Assembly (NCBI GenBank): GCA_002633005.1
Contig: NMRA01000642.1
Span: forward strand, 124,001-188,000
DNA from: Phoronis australis
Lineage: Eukaryota; Animalia; Phoronida
DNA length: 64,000 nucleotides
Direction of reading: 5' to 3'
Part shown: positions 12,701 through 24,700 of the stretch, piece after piece
Numbering within the stretch: the first letter of the stretch is position 1
Layout of the letters: the number at the start of each line of letters is the position of its first letter
Translations under genes and position numbers: made by a program
Notes under the pieces: generated by a model
Databases searched by the model: none
Seen by the model: the letters and a program-made list of their open reading frames with translations, nothing else
Told to the model about the DNA's origin: nothing

Positions 12701-15700
12701 CAATGGACTCTATAGTAATTGATTGAGTAATATCAGACTTGACTATCTAAGACAAAGAGCGCAAAGTGGCTAGAAGTGTGATGCCATGGAGGTACATGCA
12801 GCGTAGTACACAGACGTGAGCGACACCTAGCTGCTTTAGTAAAATTCAATTTTCCTTCACCCCATCTCCACAGTTGTTGATTTTGAGTTATTTTCTGCTG
12901 GTCCTTGTGTTACACAAACTAAGACAACTGGCATTATCCTAATCTGCGCCTGCGCATTTCGTTTTAGTTTTTTTGTTATACTTTGATGAAGTGAACCTTG
13001 CGAACGAATCTAGTTTTCGTAACGTTTTTGAGCAGGTAAGGATATTAGTTAAAAGTTTGCATAGTTGAGAAACCGTTACAACATGCCAAGTGATACGTAC
13101 GATAACTGGAAAAGTTGGTAAATTGTTCGTTGGATTAAATATTTCTAATAATTTCCAAACCTAAATTCAAGATACAGCTAACCTATCAAGTGATCTCTTG
13201 AGAGCCTTACCCGGGTTGTCTATAAATTCATAGTTAATCGTCCATTTGTAATCGTTAGCCATGATTCTCATACATCGTTCCGCCACTCCACAGATGGTCA
13301 ACAATGGGTTTATTCCAATTGATCGGGGCACGACTGCGCCATCAACGACGTAGAGTCCACGAAATACATGCCCAGTATTACCTACAGACGTTCAGTTCAT
13401 AGAGTACCTCGAAAGACATTATGGACCACATGCTCACATCTACATGTACATGTATTCATTATTTTGTGATGAGGTATATAAGTCAGCCCACATTGGCAAA
13501 CGTTTTGTTTACAAACTTAACTTATCTCCAATTTCTCAAAACGCTTGCCAGTGTGGACGTGTTTTTAAAGCAATTAGCTGAGATTTGCAGGAGATCTATC
13601 CTGCACAGTAATTTTGAAAACTGTTTGGTGGAGTTTGATGGATGACAGCCAATCAGCATGCAGCTGAAAATCATATGACTGTCACTGTTTAAAATGTCAG
13701 CCTCTGTAAGGTAGTGGTGTGTAGATGAGGCTGGGAACAGCATACAGAAGTTCTCAGCACGTGCCCTGCTTTTGACTTAATGGTACCACATTCATCAACA
13801 ATTCTTCAAAACTTAGAGAAATTTATTGTAACCTTGTACGTCTTCATTTTTCTTTTTTATTCATTCACAGGTCCACGGCGTGGGACGCTTAGTATTAAGG
13901 TAGGTGGATACACAAAAAAATTAATTTTGACTGTTTTTTACATTTTTATGTCATCCTAAACTTTAATTCGTGATGCACAGTATACTGAAGAAAAATAAAA
14001 TCATTCTGAAAATCCAAAGTTGTTTTTTTCAGCTATATTTGACCAAACCTCAGTAAGTCATGTGTCTTGAGTGCTCACCAGCTCAGTGATTGACAACTGG
14101 GGCGGAGCTTATATACAGGTACACTAGCTCTAATCTAACCCTGTCAACAAGCATTGCGTAACGGGGCAATCGAGAGTGATGTACCAGCTGATATTGGTGT
14201 TGTAGCAAGACCATGAATAAAACAATTCTATTTTTGACCATTTGAAAGTTGGNNNNNNNNNNNNNNNNNNNNNNNNNNNNNNNNNNNNNNNNNNNNNNNN
14301 NNNNNNNNNNNNNNNNNNNNNNNNNNNNNNNNNNNNNNNNNNNNNNNNNNNNNNNNNNNNNNNNNNNNNNNNNNNNNNNNNNNNNNNNNNNNNNNNNNNN
14401 NNNNNNNNNNNNNNNNNNNNNNNNNAAATACCTTTAGCTGTTAAGGGTCTCTTAGACAATTCAGGACATAACACTACACCGTCCACGAGGGCTTCGTGAT
14501 TAGGGTCTTTATCAACGAAGTACATCAAATCTTTGTGTGACAAAGTCAGGTTGACCTCAAGGTCAGAGGTCGTGCTACTCTTGGTCATTTGGAAGATCCC
14601 TTTCATGGTCTCCTCAACTCTAAATCCCGGTGTCTTGCTTGTCTTCCAGTCAATGGACTCTATAGTAATTGATTGAGTAATATCAGACTTGACTATCTAA
14701 GACAAAGAGCGCAAAGTGGCTAGAAGTGTGATGCCATGGAGGTACATGCAGCGTAGTACACAAACGTGAGCGCCACCTAGCTGCTTTGGTCCTTGTGTTA
14801 CACAAACTAAGACAACTGGCATTATCCTAATCTGCGCCTGCGCCATTTCGTTTTAGTTTTTTTGTTATACTTTGATTAAGTGAACCTTGAGAACGAATCT
14901 AGTTTTCGTAACGTTTTTGTGCCGGTGAGGATATTCCTTAAAAGTTTGCATAGTTGAGAAACCGTTACAACATGCCAAGTGATACGTACGATAATTGGAA
15001 AAGTTGGTAAATTGTTCGTTGGATTAAATATTTCTAATAATTTCCAAACCTAAATTCAAGATACAGCTTACCTATCAAGTGATCTCTTGAGAGCCTTACC
15101 CGGGTTGTCTACAAATTCATAGTTAATCGTCCATTTGTAATCGTTAGCCATGATTCTCAAACATCGTTCCGCCACTCCACAGATGGTCAACAATGGGTTT
15201 ATTCCAATTGATCGGGGCACGACTGCGCCATCAACGACGTAAAGTCCACGAAATACATGCCCAGTATTACCTACAGACGTTCAGTTGATAGAGTACCTCG
15301 AAAGACATTATGGACCACATGCTCACATCTACATGTACATGTATTCATTATTTTGTGATGAGGTTTATAAGTCAGCCCACATTGGCAAACGTTTTGTTTA
15401 CAAACTTAACTTATCTCCAATTTCTCAAAACGTTTGCCAGTGTGGACGGGTTGTTAAAGCAATTAGCTGAGATTTGCAGGAGATCTATCATGCACAGTAA
15501 TTTTGAAAACTGTTTGGTGGAGTTTGATGAATGACAGCCAATCAGCATGCAGCTGAAAATCATATGACTGTCATTGTTTAAAATGTCAGCCTCTGTAAGG
15601 TAGTGGTGTGTAGATGAGGCTGAGAACAGCGTACAGAAGTTCTCAGCACGTGCCCTGCTTTTGACTTAATGGTACCACATTCATCAACAATTCTTCAAAA

Positions 15701-18700
15701 CTTTGAGATATTTATTGTAACCTTGTACGTCTTCATTTTTCTTTTTTATTCATTCACAGGTCCACGGCGTGGGACGCTTAGTATTTAGTCGACGGCGACG
15801 GCGCATCTCCGCTACGGCAAGTATTAATGCTCAAGTAGAAAACAGAATGTTTTTCTCTTGTATGCCCATAGCGTTTGAAAAAATAATTATCACTCCCAAA
15901 TATTCCACTGCAAAATACAGCCAATCTACTTACAACACAACCAAGGAGAAACTGATGTCAAATGTTTGGCCGAATTATTCTAGTGTGAACTGGTCACCAA
16001 ATTCACCAAGAACCACATAAGCCCGAATTTGAGCGTGTTTGGAAACACTTCTTCGCTAGAGTTGCCAGTATGGTCGGGCCTTAAAACTGCAACATAGGAG
16101 TCTACGAAAAAATGATTTGCTGATACCACGTGTCTCGTCTTGGCTTTTACAAAGATACAGAGAATTCCTTTTATAGTCTTTTAACAAAAGTACGATACTC
16201 ACCCACAAACACTTGACATTTGTGGTTGACGACTCCCGTCTTTCCGGATTCCGCCATGATGCATCCACCCAGTGGATGAACGGTTACTGTACCGCGGCCG
16301 CTGTATATCGACTTTAAACGATCTGACCATAGTGGGTTCTCAACGTAGGTCCCGCCCAAAGCCTTTGCAGCGATTTTATACACCTGTACGATGGTAATCA
16401 TTAGTGTTCTTGACACGAACCACAATACACGATTGATGAAACTGCAATATAAGCCTTTTTGTAACGGTTTATTGCAAACGGTCATGGATCTCTTTTCATC
16501 AATTTAAATCCAATTTATAACCCAGTTCATTACCTCGTCAATCCTTTTATAGTTTGGACTCTTGCCGGACCCCGGCCAATCTATCTTAACGCCATCTTTA
16601 TCCAGCTTTATTTGGCCGCTGCTATTCTCACCGTTAATGTCCACGTGATCGTGACTCATAGCCAATAGTCCCAGAGTTTTCTCAGTTGCTTCACCCTGTA
16701 ACGGAAGAGGCGAGTTTTGAAGATAGTTATAGTAATAAAAATAACATAACACAAAGCGTTATTCCGACACTGGTGAAGGCTCCCAAAAATAGAGTTCGGC
16801 AGAAGATTCTTCCTCTTGGCATATTTATCAAGTGCAGTGTGTCCTTTACATTCATCACCAGTGCATCCTAATTGTGACTGATGCTGGTTGCCATATTGGT
16901 AGCGAATACAAAACATCTGGGGCTACGGACAGGCTAATAGCAATATGTTGCAAAATGAAAGGAGATTCGAGTTTCAAAACAGGCGTTGCGTTTTGTAGTT
17001 ACGACCACAATTTATTGTCTGTCAACAGTGAAAACAACGTTTGTTTGAAGTACCGACTACACTGTTTAACCTCCGAGAACAACTTACTGAAATCTTGTCC
17101 ACAAACTGCTGAAAGTCTTCACTTGGGCCAAAGTCGTGCGAGTAAAGAGAGGATCCCAAGAATAGGAAAATTTTCAAACCGTCGATCAAAGCCGTAGGTG
17201 TAGTTGTGTCCTCTATTATCAGCTGTTCTTCGTAGGGAGTACTTTTATTTTTCAAGTCGCGTAAATCCAGGATACTGGTAATGCAAGGACCTGGGTAAAT
17301 AGTTCAATGCAACAACTGTCAGTATGTACACAAAATACGGTAAAATATCACCAATTTAAGGTGCAATATGGCGACCGAGTGAAATTATATGTTTTCATAA
17401 GTAGCATCAAATAGTTGCTATGCCATTAGAATTGTCTGTGCCATAACTACCTCCTGACAATGTTTTTCAGAAACTGCGGACATTCAAAACAATAGTTGTA
17501 ATATCAAAAACAATTTCGGCAATGATTTTTGTCCGAAATTGGTGAGATTTTACCGTGGTAAAATTTCACTGCAACTGCTTCGCCATGTTGGTATGCCGGG
17601 CTAGTGAACCTAGGCCCATGTAAATTATGGGAAACCAATCCATGTCATACCTGAGTTCAGAAGTGACGATGGTTGAGGTCCAAGCTGAAACGTTTGCTTG
17701 TTCATATTAATGATCATTAAATCGTTCATCATCACCTTCCTGTTAACAGGTAGGCCTAAAACGCCGGCTGTCATAATTAAATTCATGTTATCAAGTGTAA
17801 CTGATTTGTGAAGCCATAATCAAATCCAAGTGTATCAGAAAGAAGAATTATGTTTGTTTTTTTTAACTGTATGACTAATAGAGACTGGGCAAGCTTCTAC
17901 ATGTATTACTATCAATATTATTATTATTATTTTTGTTATAGTCTATATTTCACGAGGATATAGTTTTAAATATACAAACCATACTTAACAGGTGCTAATA
18001 TACAACATGGTTCTCAATAACTTAATGAATTTTCAAGTGAATAAATTAATAAATTGTATTAATTAAAACAGAGATAATTTAATCTAAGTAATTTACGAGA
18101 TTAAGATTTAATTAAAACAAATATAAAGAGAGACAAAATGCGAGAGGAGACAGCCACAGATGCCAAATTAATCACTGAAGAAATTCACGAGTTCACGCTT
18201 GAAGTACATGTAACAGTAGGTGTTCACTTCCTTTATGACAACAGGCAACGCGTTCCATTCTTGTACAGCATGTATAGCATGGAGATCGATAAAATGATAT
18301 TTCCCGCCTTTTTACAGCAAACGTGTTGAGATACTAGAAGCTAGTATTGACCTCGTGCTGGTCACGAACAGGAATAATGTTTTCATGAAGGTTGTGGGAA
18401 AATCTTTGTGAAAACACTTGAAGATCATTACATAACATTCTGAACAAATACGACTTATCAATTGGTAACCACTGTAACCCAGAAAAAACTTGAGCCGGAG
18501 GCGTGCGAGAGAAATTTCAAGTAAAAACCCTTGCAGCCTGTTTCTGAGCCTTCTGCAGAAGACCAATAAAGTGAGCCACGCCCGGTCCAGACACAGTTAC
18601 AATAGACCAAAGGAGGTAATATACCTGTACAGGATTTAAAATATTTTAGGTTGTCGGTTCTGCTCTTATTCCAGGCACATTTTGGTTAATCAACGCGTTT

Positions 18701-21700
18701 TCAGTAAAGTAATCGTTTTTACGCCTCGGGATTTTGACGAAATTTCCAAGAGGTTTTGCGAATGTCATAAGCCTGATACTCGTGTAGGATTCTCTATCTA
18801 TTATATCGAGTACACCCTGTCTTCACAGGAATTTTTAAGGTGATGCTCTAGTATTTATATACCTAGTATGTTATCCTCTCCTTTTCTCAAGAAGTGCGTT
18901 ACACTTGTATTTTAAATAATAAATTTTAAAACTTATCTCCTGAGTGTCTTTTGTGATTGGCAATTGAATACCACATCACTTTCATTAAGAAATCTTTAAT
19001 CTAAATTTTCCTGCCCGTAACGGTTTAGCTGTTCTTGCTGTGCTTAATTTCGATATCAGCCTTTACCTCCAAATTGAGATTCGTGCCTAGTTTTAAGGCT
19101 ATGAGCGATAAAAAATTCGAAATTTTGCCAACATCATTCCCAAAACAGCTAATCTGACTTAAATGAAACTGTTATATACTATGCAATTAACGTTATTTTC
19201 CTCAGACTGATTTTTGAACAGGCTTGTTTTGAATAAGACACAGTCAAAATTTGAGGCTTCCGTGATATTTATGAAAACATCGATTTTCATCTCAGAAACT
19301 TCATAAAATAAAAAGAAAGTTTTGGAAAATTGATTTTGAGATTTGCTGATGGAAATCCATGTGAATTGATAATGCTGATAATGCTTTATCTTTCCTGAAA
19401 CCTAGAGGTCCTTGCTGAAACATTGTTTTCTGCTAAATTTTAGTACAGGAGAACATGGAAGTGTAAAGATAGATTTGCGTAATGTAAAAAATTAAATTCT
19501 ACAAAATTGTTACTTTCAGCCAAAAATATGTACCTTTTCTGAGTACAATTGTGGAATTTTTTATAGATAGGTTGACTAAAAGCTCATGCTTCCTGGTGGG
19601 GTTACTCAACAGAAACGATCGCAGAGCTCTGCCCCTTATAGTATCCAAGTTAATTGCTAGAGTTGTGAATGTCCTCTTGACCTGAGAAAGTAGTACGCTG
19701 CAAACCAGTTACATGTACATGCATCTTCGGCTGCACTGAACAGTCGTTCATTAGATTGCAAATTATATAGGTGCAATCAACTTAGGCAAATAATGTGTGC
19801 GCTAAACGCAGAATTTCACAAAGGTTTGCTGTGATGTGAAGCGTGTAGGTGCTACAACATCCCGAAGGTACATGTACTCAACACCCTAGAAACTTCACAA
19901 CAGCCCCATGACCACAAAACTATAAAACTCTCTTCAACATTCCCTAAAATTGCCACAACACCCCAGAATTCATTACAACACTCCCACACCATTAGAACTT
20001 TTTCTCGTTCAGTAACTTAATCAGACAACCCGGATGTGATCTTAGTGACACCCGGCTCCCTTGTTAACTGCTGCATGCAGTCTTTTGTCTGGTATAAAAT
20101 AGGATATACAGTAAGAGCTACTGAAGCGAGCAGATCTTAAGGCCCGTTACTGTACAGTTCATGTGGTTACAAGTGATGCTTCATGTAACTGTTGTTTACC
20201 CCGAAGTTGAGCGTGAGTGTTCGCGTCAACTGCGGAGTTATAGCTCAGCCAAGTTATGGCAAGGCGGCGCCACCGTGACCATGTCCTGTACAACGAGCTA
20301 TAGTGTATATGGTAATCAGGTTATCTCATTGGGCTTGTATACATTAGTACGCCTTATTTGCTGCGGGGCTGGGCGAGGGTAGAGAGACCTTGGCCATCAC
20401 CAGCAACAAGCGACACTATTCTTGTTGTGAGATTGTGGGAGTTGTTGGGATTTCCCAGATCTTATGAGTTTGTGATGGTGTTGTGGGTAATTTGTGGGGG
20501 CTGTTGTGATGTTTGTGCAGTGCTGTGGCACCTAAACGCTTTTAAATTTCCGAGAGCTTCCTTCCTAAATCCAATTGAGAAGACCTGCAAAACCGTGGAC
20601 CCCTCTGGCCTGATTTTTTGGAATACATGTTTGATGTAGTACATGTATATTGCAGTTGAAAACTCAATGCAGCAAACATCTTCTTGAGAAAGCGGAGGAA
20701 TTGAAATCGGCGGCGGTCTTGAAGTATGCCAACATGGGAAGAAAGTAAACTAGGAGGCCATTGAGGCACTCATTGCTATCACCAATCTTTATATCTCTTA
20801 ATTTGAACTCTTAAATTTCATCTCGTGGTACGTGCGGATAGTTTTGTCTGTATGGATCACGAAGCTCTCAAGGGAAAAAAATCTAGCCAAAAATTGGGTC
20901 CCAGTTTGCAGTAAACTTAGACACTTGACTCCTGGAGTGTGATTGGTTCGAAGGCTGTGTTTGTAAGTCAGTAAGTGTATATTATGAGTTTTACAAATTA
21001 ATGTTGTGTAAACAGAGCAATAAGTATCTAGCAAGTTATTTCTCTTATTCTGGTGGCTTTTAAGTATGTTGCTAATTTGTGTTGCTTTAACTTTATTATG
21101 GACTGAGTGCGACTTTAACAACCGTTGGATAAAGGCGGCTACTCAGACAACACAACGTACGCACTTATGAACTGTGTGGCTCGTGAAGCAATGATTACAG
21201 TTATCTGACCTCACAAACGCGCGTTTGTAGTCATGAAACATGATTTACTTTGCTCATGAAGTTAAACAAACAAAAGCAGCTAAAGAAAATGAACATTCAA
21301 ATGACTTGTGGCGAAGCTTCGCACTGCTATAAGTACATGTTTAAGGTAGCTTTAAATCAAAGGAAAATGAATAACTTTATTGTCACGTGTCAAAGTTTTA
21401 ATTTCCACCTCGCATAACCAGATTACACTTAGGGCTATTTTTTCTAAAACCTGCTTGTGTCAGAGTGTAGAGGATTTATTGTTACTATGACACTCGACAA
21501 AAATGGAACTCCGGTTCAAATTTGTATATTGAACTTAACCAATGAAAAAGTCCAATAGTGCTTCACAAAAATCACATCTGAGAACCTTGGCAACAAACTT
21601 TTAGATACCTGTTCTATGTTTTACGCGGTTGACTCTTACAGGTTTTGGAGATATTTTAGGCTTTTGCGAATCACGTGATCTGTTATTTCTGGTGTCATTC

Positions 21701-24700
21701 CTGTACTTTGAGTATAAAATGTCCGTGCTGATGAAGCACAAACTTTTGTAACAGTTGTAGTCCTGGCTATGTAATCATCTTTTTGCTTTGATAATTTTTG
21801 ATTTCTCTGTATAGAGATTCCATTTCTACCCCTTGATTTATTGCCCTAGACTGAGAAAGAATCAAATAGCAACAATTACATGTACGTAGCCTGGTTTAGA
21901 TTAAATCCATGCTATTTATGACACTTAATGAACCAATTTTTGAAATGCTTTTTGTTTTTGTGGTTGTTGTATTCCACAAATGCTCACATTCTTTCAAATA
22001 CGTTTTATTTTCTTCAATTCATCACATTTAAAGGAAAGTTAGTAGAACATTGTTTTTGTTAAATAATGAATGAAAATCTTTTAAGTCGTTACTGTACTCT
22101 TCTCTTCTTTAAATTAGCGGACACATGAATTTTCTGAATACTTCTCTTATCGAATCTTATGCTCTTGGAAAATTTCAGTAAACAAAAACGTAAGTTTTCA
22201 GTTTTGAGAACTAAACTTCTTCCAAAAATTTGTTCAAAATTCTTAAGGTTTTCAAACACTCCAGTTTCTGAAACTTAAGTTTTTTTAAAAACGTAGGTGT
22301 TATGGGAAAGTTCTTGGGACAAATTTAACTTTTCATAGGTTAAGCTTTTAGAGCTCTATTTTTTAGAACAATCAAGTTTTTTCGGCTGAAATTTTTGAAA
22401 AATATAAGCTTATACAAACTTAGGTTTTAAGGAAACTAATTTTGTTCCAAACAACTTGTTCCAAAATGTCAAAAATATGGTCTGACAGTATTTTTAGTAG
22501 TATTGTTTTGTCATTCTGTTTGATTGGCATGACCCCTGAGTTAAGTACAGTGATGATGTAATTTGTTTACTTCAAAATAGTGTGGAAATTTCTAGAAGAC
22601 CGAGGTCAGAACGGTGATGATGTAATTTGTTTACTGCAGTATAGTGTGGAACTTTCTAGAAAACTCTAGCATGACAGTGATTAATGCAGTCTGGAACATT
22701 CTAGAGACTGGTTATGCGTTTGTAGAATGGTTGGGTAAATTCAGGAAAGTACCACAATGTGCTTGAATTGATGAAAAGTTCCAGAACAATGTATTAGGCT
22801 ATAAATACACAAGCACGGGTTTGTGTTAGTGAGATCAAGTCAGTTAATCGGTGAGTTCAAGAAAGTTAACCAAGAGATTACAATTGAATTGTAGTGAAGA
22901 GACTCAGCAGTTACAGCGGTAGTCAATAGAGAGCCAGCTATAGAGACAGCAGGTTTTTGAATCGACCAGTGTAACAGTTGCTGAACGTGTCTCAGAAGTT
23001 CATCACAATTCAAGGCTTCGCAGCATTGGCTGGAGCATAAACAGACATTACGTCGGACGTTTTGTTTGAGTAGGCTTGTGAACGTACGGTCGGGATTAAT
23101 AAAGGATTAACTCGAACCAGTCTTCAGTCAATCATCGCACCGAAAGCTATTAGCACCGGTCTGTAACAACCTGCACCCATCCACACACGGGGAAAAACGT
23201 GACACAAAGTACTTAGTTTTGCAAAAAAAAACTTGAGCTTTCGAGATTTTAACTTAATTTTTTCAGACCAAAACCTTAAAATTTTCGATGAAAACTTAGG
23301 TTCATTTTTGTAAGCGTCCTTATTTCGTCGTCACCATTACCACCACCGATGAAACTACCATCAACACCGCCCCCTACCGTGCCAAACCTTTCCAGAATTA
23401 TCCGTGGTAGTACTATTCAGAAATGAATGTAGCTTACCTGGGGCGTCAGAGTTTTTCTCTTGGAAATCTGAAGCAAGGGCCAAACTCTTCGTCTTTTCAT
23501 TGTTGTCATAACTGAAACCTATTTGATCTCCATTTCCACTGAATCCTTTTCCAATTGAATCGGATAGGTCCAAACCCTGCTCCCTTGACCTGGAAGAAGA
23601 AATATTGAAAATGTTGAACTGCACGCCCATATCTCTTTTTCCGTTTTTTACGGAAAAAATTAAGCAGACAGGATATACGAAGCAGGCTTTAAAATGCTTT
23701 AAACCACCATTTAGGTTGTTTTAATAATAGGGTCGGCCCGGATTACACAGTGACATTTGAATCTCGCCGTATTTAACTGCAATGCCGTAAGCATCCCTAA
23801 GGAATATTTGTTGCCTTGTTTTCGTGCCTCTAGACTTTCACATGTTCTTTTTTGTTGTCTGATTCCTTACAAGTTTCTCGCGGTTGGATTACTGTATTCG
23901 TCTTTCCAATTCCAACGAAGTATTAGTGCTCTGCCCCGGGCTACAACTCCAATGTTTAAATTTTGATATACTGGACAAATACCCGTGGATGTGCGTTATG
24001 AAATTCTTTGCCTTCCCCACATCAATAAGAGACTCGAAATTGTGTCCGACTTCCAAAACGAGGTTGTGCTTTCTGATCACAGGGGCAAAGGATAGTTCTA
24101 TGGAAGTGCGATCCGGGACGACCCAATTGCCATCACGAAACCCTAAGTCACAACACTGCATATCACAACCGGGAGTATAACAAATCACACATGAGAAAAA
24201 AAGAAGAAAATTAAAAAAATTCTTAGCTTCTCAGACATGAGTGTAGTGACATGTGAAAGTATCCAGCGCTTGTGTGTCATCTTCATCTACACGCATGTTT
24301 AGTGTACGAACCTGTGCCTTATCGCGATACACTGATGTCCCGACGGAATGTGAAAAGAGGCATAGTGTTACCAAATACTGAGTTGTCACAACCATCATAA
24401 ACACAACACGTCAACATTATTTATTAGACCGTAAATCACGCAAAAAAGCAGCAATATCTGACGACACAAACACATTGGAGGATGGCTACTGATGCGATTG
24501 GATGCCCCGATTCTACGCAGTATGTATAAATTAAGAAATGTTCGTAACTCGAGATCAGCTAATTAAGAAATCGTCAGATAATGTTTGAGGGTACTTTTAT
24601 ACTTGGGCAATGACTTAGGAATATTCAAGGTGCCGGCAATACAACAATGACTGCCTGAACTTGCGGCCATTTACCTGGCAAGAACCTCTGTGGAACCCAA

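Larger units (their letters stand above)
12476..13896. repeat. Near-identical duplicate of 14426-15785, flanking the N-gap
   Basis: Direct repeat with scattered SNPs and one indel of about 60 bp (about 12838-12900). Confidence 0.93.
14426..15785. repeat. Second copy of the duplicated two-exon segment
   Basis: Begins immediately after the gap with the same aaatacctttagctg as 12476. Confidence 0.93.

Noticed and set aside
14130-14606. 158-aa ORF spanning the gap
   Set aside because: Artefact of reading through Ns; only 14432-14606 is exonic.
15072-15099. Alternative donor gatag/gtaagc for the GMC C-terminal exon
   Set aside because: Phase 2 does not fit the next exon's acceptors, and the site is altered (gttagc) in the other copy.
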